A stretch of 64,000 nt of DNA from Takakia lepidozioides (Eukaryota > Plantae > Bryophyta). Under the pieces are notes generated by a model. It saw only the letters and a list, made by a program, of their open reading frames with translations. It was not told the DNA's origin and did no database searches. The stretch covers positions 62,620,001-62,684,000 of the forward strand of contig CM060734.1 in assembly GCA_030704615.1 (NCBI GenBank), given 5' to 3'. This document shows, in pieces, positions 37,970-49,305 of the stretch. Each line of letters starts with the position of its first letter. Position 1 is the first letter of the stretch. Made by a program: the position numbers and the translations under genes.

Positions 37970-38414
37970 CTTCACCCAACATCCACTCCCCTGGGACCTA
38001 GCGATGCAAGCAACAAAAAACAGTCACCTATAAATGAACGTGTTGTGAATGTAGAGTGCAATGCGATAGCCCAACACTTCTACACCTGTTAGCAACCCAA
38101 GTGGTTCGATGTGGGTTTGTAGTGTTGAGCTTATACACAATTTGCTGAAGTGGCTTTAGTGGAAGCCACAACGGTAAAAGGTGCGCACCCTCCTCTTGGG
38201 CTACACTCTCGTTCAATGGAAGAGAACATCTAAAGAAACCTCAAGTGTTTGGGCCAAAAGAACTGATGAGCTTGGTGACCCTCCTCCCTTATATATGATC
38301 CAAGAAGGATGAAAGTGAAATGAAAGTGAAATGAAAGTGAAATGAATAAATGACGAACCAATAGCGCCCACCCAAAAAAGGTTGTACAACCATATTTGTT
38401 TGTAATTTTGAAAT

Positions 38415-40062
38415 TAAGCGATCGCTAATACTACGGTCCGTATTTTTATTTTTTTATGAAAAACAAGCAACCGCCACTACTGTGGTCGCTTTTATTTCCT
38501 TTCATTTTGTGCAATATTGCGGTCACTTCTCTTTTGTATATTTTTAAATTTAAACGACCGCCAAGATAGCGGTCGCTATTTCTTTTTTTAATTCGAAAAA
38601 TAAAGCGACCGCCAGTGCGACCGCCAATCTTGCTTTTATTAAAAACAAATTTGAAGCGACCGCCAATCTGGCGGACGCTATTTCTTTTTCTATTTCGAAA
38701 AATAAAGCGACCGCCAGTGCGACTGCCAATCTTGCTTTAAGAAAAAAACAATTGAAGCGACCGCCAATACGGCGGTCGCTATTTCTTTTTAATTTCGAAA
38801 AGCAAAGCGACCGCCATAATTGGCGGTCGCGTTTATTTTGTTAATTTTCAAAAATGTATTTGCCACCGTGCGACCATCAATACGGCAGTTGCTTGTTTTC
38901 TTTTTTAAATTAGGCGACCACCAATACGACCGCCAATCTTGTTTTTTTAAAACAATAAATTGAAGCGACCGCCAGCATCGCGGTTGCTATTTATTTTTAA
39001 ATTCGAAAAATAAGGCGATCGCCAGTGCGACCGCCACTCTTGCTTTAAAAAAAAAAACATTTGAAGCGACTGCCAATATGGCGGTCGCTATTTCTTTTTC
39101 TATTTCAAAAAAAAAGGCGACCGCCAGTGCGACCGCCAATCTTGCTTTATAAATAAAAAAATTGAAGCGACCGCCAATATGGCGGTCGCTATTTATTTTT
39201 TAATTTTGAAAAACAAAGCGACCGTCATAATTGGCGGTCGCGTTTATTTTGTTAATTTTCAAAAATGTATTCTCCACCGTGCGACCGCCAATATGGCAGT
39301 CGTTTGTTTTCTTTTTTAAATTAGGCGACCGCCAATACGACCGCAATCTTGTTTTTTTTAAACAATAAACTGATCTTTAAAAAAAAATTGAAGCGACTGC
39401 CAGCATAGCGGTCGCTATTTATTTTTTAAATTTGAAGAATAAGGCGACCGCCAGTGCGACCGCCAATCTTGCTTTAAAAAGAAAAACATTTGAAGCGACC
39501 ACCAATATGGCGGTCGCTATTTCTTTTTCTATTTCGAAAAATAAGGCGACCGTCAGTGCGACCGCCAATCTTGCTTTTTAAAAAAATAAATTGAAGCGAC
39601 CGCCAATACGGCGGTCGCTATTTATTTTCTAATTTTGAAAAACAAAGCGACCGCCATAATTGGTGGTCGCGTTCATTTTGTTAATTTTTAAAAATATATT
39701 TGCCACCGCGCGACCGCCAATACGGCAGTCGCTTGTTTTTAAAAAAAAATTAGGCGACCGCCAATACGATCGCCAATCTTGTTTTTTTAAAACAATAAAT
39801 TGAAGCTACCGCCAGCATAGCGGTCGCTATTTGTTTTTTTAATTCGAAAAATAAGGCGACCGCCAGTGCGACCGCCAATCTTGCTTTTAAAAAAAAAACA
39901 TTTGAAGTGACCGCCAATATGGCGGTCGCTATTTTTTTTTCTATTTCGAAAAATAAGGCGACCACCAATCTTGCTTTAAAAAAAATAAAAATTGAAGCGA
40001 CCGCCAATACGGCGGTCGCTATTTCTTTTTTAATTTCGAAAAACAAAGCGAATTGGCGGTCG
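38415..40062. repeat. Right subterminal GCGACCGCC palindrome/dimer array with higher-order units of about 420 bp
   Basis: Alternating gcgaccgcc..ggcggtcgc palindromes and gcgaccgccagtgcgaccgcc dimers. Confidence 0.92.
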
Positions 40063-40305
40063 TGTTCATTTTGTTAATTTTGAAAATGTATTTGCCACCG
40101 CCACCGTGTCGGCGACGTGGCTGCTTAAGTGGCAGTATTTTACCTAGTATTATTTTTACCATAATATTCCCCGAACCTGACGTGACTTGACACTGACTGA
40201 CGGACGTGACGCTGATAACCGGGCTCGGAAATCACGATATTGTGAATTGTCAATATAGTCAAGAAGAGGCTTGAACTGTGGATCGTTAACTTTGAAAGGT
40301 GGAAA

Positions 40306-40800
40306 TCATATTCTCCTTGCTTTCAAGAAGCTTGAGACGTTCTCAAATTTCAAGAAGCTAAGCAAGAAATCTCTAAGTTTGAGAAGGAAGAAATCGTCGA
40401 CGTCGATGTTCTCAAAAGACTTGAGAAGAAGACAAGATTCAGGAGGGTTTAGCAAACACTTCAAAGCCGTATCATCAATCAGCCGAGTGTTACTCTGATT
40501 GTAAAAACCTTCAGAACTCTGCCATACTTTAAGGAGTGGTTTCAAGAACACATGAGGTTGATCTTGTCCCGTTCGGTAATTTCGGTGCAGATTGCTTGGG
40601 CAAATGATACAATCGTCCTGCGACATGATGAACGTCGGCCGTGGAAGACCACGTAGGAGCAAATCCAGAACTGCATTTAAGTTTTTAGGCACCATGCAAC
40701 TCCAAATACCTAAAATGAAGTGCTTGTGTAACTCTTGCCAAACTTCCCGGTACATCTTCCGTCTAAAGATTTGGCGATACCCAACAATAGCAGAAATGAT
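40306..40800 (-). pseudogene. Second FCP1/NIF-like HAD domain (C-terminal part)
   Basis: LHKHFILGIWSCM...FIMSQDDC...VFLKPLLKVW...YNQSNTRLIDDTALKCLLNP. Confidence 0.75.
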
Positions 40801-41065
40801 GTAATCTTGATTTACTTAAGTGTCTTTATCACTCCTTCACAGATCTGACAGCCGGGATCTCCTCCTGTGAGGGGACCCCGCTTGATAATTTTGACGTTAA
40901 TGGAGTGCTATGCAAAATAACGAAGCACCAGAGCCCACATTTTTCGGACAATAACTAATCACTTTAATATCCCATGTTCCACTTCCAGGGCCTCTAGGTA
41001 CTTTAGATGTGCATCTCATTCCTCCTTGTTCCTAGGCCATGGAAAGTCCCAGCGATTAATGAATT

Positions 41066-41575
41066 TCACTCTAGCATCCTGAAAGTAGATATCCTTAGGT
41101 ATTCCAAAAGGGTTCTGCTCATTGAAGGCCCAAGTGTCCATTTTTGAATGCTCAACTTCTCCAGGTGGGGCTTCAAATGACCCATCAAAAAATCATCCTT
41201 GTATGGATCTACAAATGCTTCGTATTTAGGTAGGAAGATGACCAGTCTCAGAGGATTGAGGAAAGACTTGTACATGTTCCCAACGACGTCGATAAGCAGG
41301 GTATTAGACCTGTAGGCTTTAGAGTCGGGGTCTACGAACAAGTCGTAAAGTCGTTTGAAGTAGATTGGGGCCTTAGGTAGCATAGGCCAATATGTGTTGA
41401 AAGTAAGTCTATGTTCCACACATTGGTCGGAACTGTAATGCATGACCTCGTGGGCGTTCCTCCCGAACAAGGCTGATTTGAAATCCACGATAGTCTCTTC
41501 TTTGCCAGTGTTCCATATCATGACCCAAAACTTTTTGACGACCCATTTGAGGAAGTCTCCCACCTCATGTCGCAT
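41066..41575 (-). pseudogene. Third FCP1/NIF-like HAD domain
   Basis: MRHEVGDFLKWVVKKFWVMIWNTG...SSDQC...IYFKRLYDLF...SNTLLID...KSFLNP. Confidence 0.7.
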
Positions 41576-41579
41576 TGCT

Positions 41580-43061
41580 AACTTAAACGATGCGGCAGCG
41601 AAGGGGACAAAGGGTAAAGGTAAACGGAAGTCAACGGCGGGATCCTCTCAGACTGAGAATGAGGAGGAGCAGCCAGCCGGGAAAAAGAAAAAGAAAGAAG
41701 AGCTGGATATTGTATATATGAATGACAACAAGAAACCAAAAGCTGGCGAGATTTTCGACAAGGTGAAGTGCGAAGCGATGAATCAAAGTCTGAAGAATGA
41801 CTACCAAGACATGTTTCCTTTTGGGTTCAACCGCATAATCTTAATTGACATCTCAAGGATGGAACTTGCTCCAAGAAGCATGGTGTATCGTCCGCTGAAT
41901 ATTAATCACAAAGATGAAGTAAAAGCCCGTCTGTACCAGTTGCGGGTTCTAGATACGAAACATCCTGTCTATCTGGCGCCGAGGAATGAACAAGTGCCAA
42001 CCCAGGTGTCTGCGATGAAACCAAGGCATCAGAAGGATATTAACAATTCAAAATTCTTCGTCATTGGAGGCCAGCACACAATTATGGCTGCAAAGGTATA
42101 GTACATCAACGTTTACCTCGCGCGATCGCGCGGGCTTCTATATTCTTCTTAGGTTCTATGATAATCATCTTTCGGATATTTCTTTGCGTTGTCTCATTAT
42201 CATTCTCGCGCGATCGCGCGTGCTTCTATTAGATCGATTATATCATATGCATCGACGACTTGTTTATAAGAGATGCATAGCATGATAAACAAGCACGTGC
42301 GATCGCGCGTGCTCCTTTCTAGTTCAATTCCATGCCGATGTAACATTTTCCAAATCATGAACTTGTGGAGGAGATTACTGACCAGGAGCAGATGCGCCGA
42401 ATGGCCATCAATTATCCTCTGGTCAGATAGCAATAATCGATTACTGAAGATTTATAAGCTCCTGAACGACCTCCAAGTGAAGAAGAGGTACAAGTTCAAC
42501 AAGTCGGAGTTCGAGACATTCCGATCGAAACTGGGGGCCAAATACATGAAAAGCAAAGTGAACATGAATATGAAGACCGAGAAAGTGAGTGACGCTTTCA
42601 TCAAATATGCGCTTTCATGTAAGAAAAGGGTTGAAGACATGGAGAAGGAAATAGGCAACCTCAAGGATACCTTCAAGTCACATTACCAGTGCATAGGAGG
42701 GAAGCGGAGGTTCACGGATGCCAAAACACAGTTGAAAATTGTGCGAAAGAGGGATTTCAATAACATCGCAATGGTGTTCGTCAACACAGTCTGTGATGAT
42801 GACTCAACTGTTTTCATGCAAAGAAATTACAAGAATATTTTTGATGCGTTCTTCGAACAACAGCTGAGCCCTAATGCATTTGTCTTCTTCTCGACGCAGA
42901 GGTCCTCTTCCAATCTGGTTTCGTACATAAGGTTTGGCGAGGGGCAGGACAAGTATATTCTGCTTCAGGGGTTGTATCTTCCTGGAGAGTTCAACAATCC
43001 TTACATGGGCCGTGACATCCATTTGGACCCATTGGAAGAGCAAAGAAATATGAGGGATTGA
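41580..43061 (+). pseudogene. ParB/Srx-like domain protein fragment, intron at about 42097-42350
   Basis: YRPLNINHKDEVKARL...HPVYLAP...FFVIGGQHTIMAAK resembles the ParB N-terminal G-G-Q/N-H motif; 5' end missing. Confidence 0.5.
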
Positions 43062-43543
43062 CAGCTTAGGAATAGTCGTGTGGTGGATAGATCATATCAT
43101 CCTGCCCATTAGGAAATAATTATTAATTCATTGGAAGTTTTTCGCAATGGAATGCAGAAAGGAAAACAGAAGGCGGAGAATGAAGTACCAGCTTTGGCGG
43201 CACTTGCTCCAAGCCGGATGAGGTTTCGCCACCAATTCCCCCGGCGATGGGTCTTTCGCCGTCCGGTATGTTTTTGTCGACCCCTCCTATAAGTAACCTC
43301 GCGCGATCGCCCGTGGTTTTTGAAGCTGCCACCTTGGGCGACGATATCCTCACTCTCTCAAGTCATATTGTTTCTTCATTGTACGCTGTTGTGTGTCGTT
43401 TGTTCTGGTATGTGTCACTTCCTCCGTATTGAGCTCACAGATCTACAAAAAATGTGGGTGATTAGACTTCCGTATAAATTTCGATTGATTTACGAGACTA
43501 TCACAGAGCAATAGGTTATTAGTTCCATTGGTAAAAGATTCTG

Positions 43544-44268
43544 TGTCGCGGCCCTTTACCTTGAGGGCAGGGGGTCGGGACACATGAGGGGCTGCCCCTG
43601 TGGTGGGGGCAGTGGCAGCGATAGGTATGGGGGGCTGAAGCACCCTTGAGTGCCCAAGGCGCTCAAGGAGGCGGAGGCGCTCACTAGGTGGAGCCCCGCA
43701 CACCGGGTTGCGGTGGGGGTGGCTCCACAAGGGGTGGTGTAGCTTAGCGGGACTTAGTGGGGGTGGCATAGGACTCACCATGGGGCGGAGACCTCGTGGT
43801 GGGAGTCGTGGGGAGTCTTGGGACTCATCACGGTCCATAGGGGCCGTGGTGAGCGGGCCAAGACTCACCGCGACTCATCACCGGGAGTCGAGGGTTTTCG
43901 TGGTGGTTCGCCATAAAATGGCATGGCTGGTTGTGAAACCCCCGCGGACAGCTACAGAAGTATATATAGGGAGTAGTAACCCCGAGAACGGTGCAAGCCC
44001 GTTGGTGACCAAAAACTAGTGAGTAAGCGAGCGAGCCGGAAAGTGACCAAAGAGTGGGGAGCTGTTCCGGACTGCCATCTACCAAAGGGAATTCCACTAG
44101 TCCCAATTAGGTGGAGGGTTTAGTGGGAAGCGAAGGGAGGGACCGTTATGTCCCGGTGAGCAGCCGAAGCTCCAAGTTGGCCCGGCGGCCAGGTTGGGAG
44201 TCAGGCGCGCGCATCAAAGCGAGTAACTATGACGTGAAGGGGAGCTTACCGAAGGGAGGTGCGCGACA
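43544..44268. mobile_element. Solo LTR (725 bp)
   Basis: TGTCGCG...CGCGACA termini, 5-bp TSD TTCTG (43539-43543 and 44269-44273), internal TATATATA at about 43961, GC-rich relative to flanks. Confidence 0.88.
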
Positions 44269-44313
44269 TTCTGATGTTATATCAAGTTTGTTATAAATTG
44301 GGTTTTACAAGTG

Positions 44314-45484
44314 TCAGGACAGCTCATAATCTGCAATACTCACGTCAACAGAGTTTTGATCGCCGACCAATGCCCTAGATGCTTGACCATCAACGATGTC
44401 TCTAACTCGTTGGCTTAAACCTTGATATGGTGACATCCGTAATGACATATCCCCCTCCACAGGACTGAATTCCACCCCTGAGTCTATTTCTGAAATCTCC
44501 TTATCGAAGACATCTCTAGAATCAGCGTTATCCTTTACATTGTCTCCCCCCACTTCTTCAGTGGAGGAAGACAGCACAGTTGTCTCGAGATTGTCTCCTT
44601 CACCGGTATTTGTCAGGGCCTGTGAATGGTGGCTTTCTTCTGGTACTACCCTCCCTGCTTGTTCAGCTGGTGGATTTCTGCCTTACTCAATTTGTTCTGT
44701 CTCCTCTTGCAAGTAATTGTTGACGGCATCATCGTGTTGGTAGTCACCATTGTCTTCCTCACCTCCCTCAAGTTCTTCATTTTTGTCCAACGTTTCGTTT
44801 CCGTCACCTTCTTCCTGGTTTTGCTTTGTCTCCAGATCTCTTTGTCCGTCATCTTCATCGTCATCGTTATCGTCATCGTCGTCGTCATTTCCTTCACCAT
44901 TGAGTCTGTGGGTCTCCTGCCCTCCCAATGTGTCATCACCAACCTCGGTTCCGTCCTCGTTCTCCGTATGGATGAGTGTGTAGTTAGCGGCAACCTTATT
45001 CGCGCAGAATTTCTTTTTCAGGTTGTGATTAATATCAAGGACTCGGACGTTCCTAGCCTGCAAAAGATGCCAACCATTGAGTGAATCCCATCTTTACAGC
45101 TGGTTTCATCATTGCCTTGCGAACGCGACGAGATTCCAGAGAAAAGCCAAACGTCTTTTTCGCTCTACCATCCTCCAAGATGAAAACCACCATCATTGGA
45201 TTCTCCACGTCCGACTCCATCTCAACATCTTTAACGTAGCCATAATTAAGCTCCTTCACCTCCGCTCCAATCTTGAAGGAAAACTTCAGTTGGTGGTCAG
45301 GAGGTACACCCACAGGATTTATTCCCCACTCGGAGATCGCCTGGTTAAGAGTATACAAAGCTACGTGGTCTATGCTGAAGTTTGGCGATTTTGTTGAGAT
45401 GAACTCCCCACATATCTCCATGCATACGCCAACCAGGCAATCCGCTGATATGTTTGACTGACCACTGAACATGAAACACAACAT
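44314..45484 (-). pseudogene. Unknown TE cargo protein with a long Asp/Glu-rich tract
   Basis: Collinear ORF pieces 45053-45484, 44683-45063 (GNDDDDDNDDDEDDG...) and 44314-44577. Confidence 0.45.
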
Positions 45485-45959
45485 TATGTTATCTGGATTA
45501 GATATCTCATGGCATTATTTCAAGATTGAGAGGAAAGGCCGAAGTTTGAAACAAATCATAATGTTACGGATATCAGGCCAATATACAAATGGGAATCCCA
45601 CTGGGAAGAAATGGAATTGAAAGAAACTAACTTACAATTAAGCTGGAATATGGTACATTTAATTGTGACTACAATATGGAATAAATGGAATGGAATAAAT
45701 CAAATTCACAATTAAACTGGAAATCTCAAAAAGTGCAGATCATTTAATTGGTTTCAAAAATCATGAAGAATACTTTATTATTCAATAGTGAAGAGTAAAA
45801 ACGGAGACATCGTTGGCGTTTAAATGTACTAACTGAGATGAAGGACTATATCATGGTGATTCAGCACACCCCCAGTGAATCTCTTGAAAACTTCTCGAGT
45901 ACCCAGAAACTGATCCTACTGATTATTGTGGATATTCGGTGGAACCACATGGAGATTCT

Positions 45960-46631
45960 GAACTGGTTCAAGTACACTCCAGTGTGCCCGTGAAGAATCT
46001 TTCCATTTTTGATGATTCCGAATGGTCGGAATTTACAGTTGACGTAGGTGTGTATTGTGCCAAAAATGAGGCCAATGCAGCCGACCCGGGTCTGAGGTGG
46101 CTAAAGTATCATATTGATGAGTATTATGGGGATCCCGGAGTATACCCTGGCGATGAGGGTGTATACTTTGGGGATGCCGGAGTGTACTCTGGGGTTGAGG
46201 GAGTGTACTCTGGTGATACGGGAGTATACTTCCGGGGATCCAGGTGTATAATCTTGAGTATTTGGTGTATACGCAGGGTACATAGCGCAAAAATCATTTG
46301 ATTCCACCGATACTTCAGCTACAGGATCTCCGGAAGACCCTCCACAGTATTGTTCTAGAAAAGAACTTAAAGCTGCTGATCCGGGGGGAACGTCGCAAAA
46401 ATATTCTATTGGTGAATAATTGTCCTGATCGTTTGATTCAGGGGAGTAGGTGTCAGGCTCCTCTGTGGATGGAATTGTAGAAACTGGAGATGATATGACG
46501 TGAACTCCTTTAGAAGGTCCCGTCATAATAACTGCAGCTCCGCATTCACCTTGTGAGGAGGGTGAAAGTGTTGCCTTGTGTCCGGTATGTTCCATCTCCT
46601 TCTTCTCCTTCATCGAACACGAATCCACCAC
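45960..46631 (-). pseudogene. Protein with seven RNA Pol II CTD-like heptads
   Basis: After correcting one extra base near 46229: [48 protein letters not shown]; 21-bp DNA periodicity at about 46124-46271. Confidence 0.7.
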
Positions 46632-48882
46632 ACTGGAAGAATCATCAAGAACTCGTGCTCAGTTACAGACTGTACAGAAGGAGACACGCGAAGAACGCAT
46701 GATTGCGCGTATTTGGTTCACAATTTTCCCTCCAATAACGTAAAATCCGATTGTAAGCAACAACGACGTTGCTAAGCATAGCGAACAGAATCCATATACA
46801 TGACTTTGTTCTTTCAGTCATATAAGAGTATCCTAACATCTATTATCCCAAGAAAACTCTTCTGAGCTGTAGGAACATCAGAACCACGCACGAGTGAGTT
46901 GAGGCACAGATGAACTAATTTCATCCCACTGCGAGAAGTCTACCGGAAGGACTATTAAAGTACATTGAGAACATTGAGGATTATCTAGGTGGGAGTCGTT
47001 TTTATTTATATTTAGAATAAGACTGAAACAAAGAAGTCAAATTTGCGCTATTGCGTAAGGTTTAATAATTGCATAATCCATAAAATTGAAAACGATGAGT
47101 TTACTGACGTACTAATGAATGATTTTTCGACCCCGTACAGTTTGGTATTAGCTACTATTCGTTAGTTCTTCTGTAGGTGACGACTTGCACTGAATGATGC
47201 ACGCGCAATCGCGCGCGCACCTTTAAACCATTCTTGGACATCACATCTTCACTGTCTAATCTGAAACAGTGGTCGACATAATCGATGAACAACCTAAGCG
47301 ATGTTGACGACAAGTAATATTTCAAACTGCCCTGGACTTTTACTATTGTATACTATTGTGTCCACACTGAACACCTCCGCCCATCATACATAAGAGTGAC
47401 CATATAGGAATTATCATATTCTGTGTGCATGAAAAGACAGATAAAGTGCAACGGAAGATTTTAGTTGACATTGTATAATGTGACCTAATGTCTTTTGAAA
47501 CACTTTACAATTTTGAGTATGCACTCAGACATATCATCATATGTGTCATCTAATCATCTGGGTATCAATAGTGTTGTTGTTGGTCGCTAGAATACAAGTA
47601 CCAACCAAATGAAGCACGCGCGATCGCGCGTGCTTCTTCAGGGCATTCTTTCGCATCACATCTTCAATTTCTCATCCAATGCAGTAAACTACGAAGTCAA
47701 ATTAGCATGATTGTGCAAGGTTCAATAATTGCATAATCCTTAAAATTGAAAACACTGAGTTTATTGTCCTACTATTCGTTAGTGCTCCTATAGGTGACGA
47801 CTTTTACTGAAATAAGCACGCGCGATCGCGCGTGTTTCTTCAGACCATTCCCTTGCTGAAAGTGCTTGCTGGCCTCGCTCCAAGTCCTAACCAAACCATG
47901 TTTCGCAATACTATCACTGAAATAAACACGGGCGATCGCGCGAGGTTTCTCTACGGCTTACGAAATCACTAGGAATCCCTATTTCGAGAGGCACGTAATG
48001 CAGATCATGGAAATAATGTGCATAACCGAATCGAGCCAAAAACACAGTTTGGTATCCAGAACTCTACATGGTAAAATGAGTTCACGCGCGATCGCGTGTG
48101 AATGGACTGTGTCATGGTACCTATACTGAGGCCTACACCATAGGCTGCAAAACCTAAATAGTTGCCAGCTGTACCTACGAACCCTATGAAATCGGAATTT
48201 CTCATGTCTCGAATCCGGAGTCGTTCCTCAAGGAAAGCGTACATATCCCGAAATCTTTCACAATTCCCAATCCTTCTATCGACCATCCTACCTCTTTAAC
48301 CCTGGAATCAATCCAAAAATCAAAACAAGTAATCAAAACAATGAAAACAAACAATAATTCGAACAAACAATAATTCGCTCAAACAAGCAAACAATCAAGC
48401 AAACAATGAATCAAGCATGCAACTTCTACCTTCCTGCAATCTCTGCAGCCCACGGAAGAATCCTCATTGCATGCACGAAGAAGACGGGAAAATTTTTTAC
48501 CTGCTTGATGCCATTTCAGGCAAGGAACCTCCCTGCAGGGCTGGATGAGCTCTCTCGCTCGGGTGCGCACAACAGCTTCCGGGATAGCGTACTCTTTTGT
48601 TTTGCCCTCCTTTCACTCTGTCACACTCCCCCGCACACAGTGAATTGCTCAAACCCACACTCACTCCAACTCACGCTCCCTCGATCTCTCACTCTCTCGC
48701 TTCCTCGATCTCCACCTCTCTACCTCTTTCGCTAAGTCACTCTCTCTCGCACCTCTTCCTTGAGTCCAAAATTGAACAGTGCTTCCGCATGTATCAAATG
48801 AATGCAAAAGGAGACTCCTCCTTATATGTCTTACCACGTGTGATCTCAACTGTTGGCGTTATGTCGCATCCGACGGTTTGTG

Positions 48883-49305
48883 GTCTCATGGAATGCACTG
48901 ACTGCAGGATATGCTCAGCATGGGTGTGGTAGGGAGGCTTTGGAGACTTACGAGCAAATGATACATGAAGAGTTGATTCCCAACCAGGTCACGTTTGTCT
49001 GTGTTCTCAATGCTTGTGCCAGCCTGGCAGCCCTGAAAAAGGGTAAAGAGGTCCATGCTCACCTTGTAAACTCCGGAATTGTGCCAAATATCATCCTCGA
49101 CACTGCCTTGGTTGACATTTATGCTAAATGTGGGAGCATAAAGGATGCACGTCGAGTGTTTGACAATATGGCTCAACGAAATGTGGTCTCATGGAATGCA
49201 ATGATCGCATGATTTGCTCAACATGGGTGTGGTAGGGAGGCTTTGGAGACCTACGAAGTAATGGTACAGGATGGTGTGACACCCGACCGGGTCACATTCC
49301 TCTCT
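48883..49305 (+). pseudogene. PLS-class PPR fragment inside the element
   Basis: VVSWNALTAGYAQHGCGREALETYEQM...ALVDIYAKCGSIKDARRVFDNMAQRNVVSWNAMIA*. Confidence 0.85.

Larger units (their letters stand above)
23345..40223. mobile_element. 16.9-kb hAT DNA transposon with cargo genes
   Basis: Perfect 8-bp TSD CTCGGAAA (23337-23344 and 40224-40231); imperfect TIR CCTAGTTATCA / CCCGGTTATCA; shared subterminal GCGACCGCC arrays; hAT transposase inside. Confidence 0.88.

Noticed and set aside
43443-44296. GC-rich ORFs as genes
   Set aside because: They lie within the solo LTR defined by TG...CA ends and the TTCTG TSD
45939-46301. Plus-strand ORF with GVYxGDx repeats
   Set aside because: It is the antisense shadow of the YTPxSPx heptads; the minus frame links to the upstream ORF and to the duplicated PGSAAL motif
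45960-46631. Host RPB1 (NRPB1) gene
   Set aside because: Only seven degenerate heptads with T at position 2, and no polymerase domains anywhere in the window
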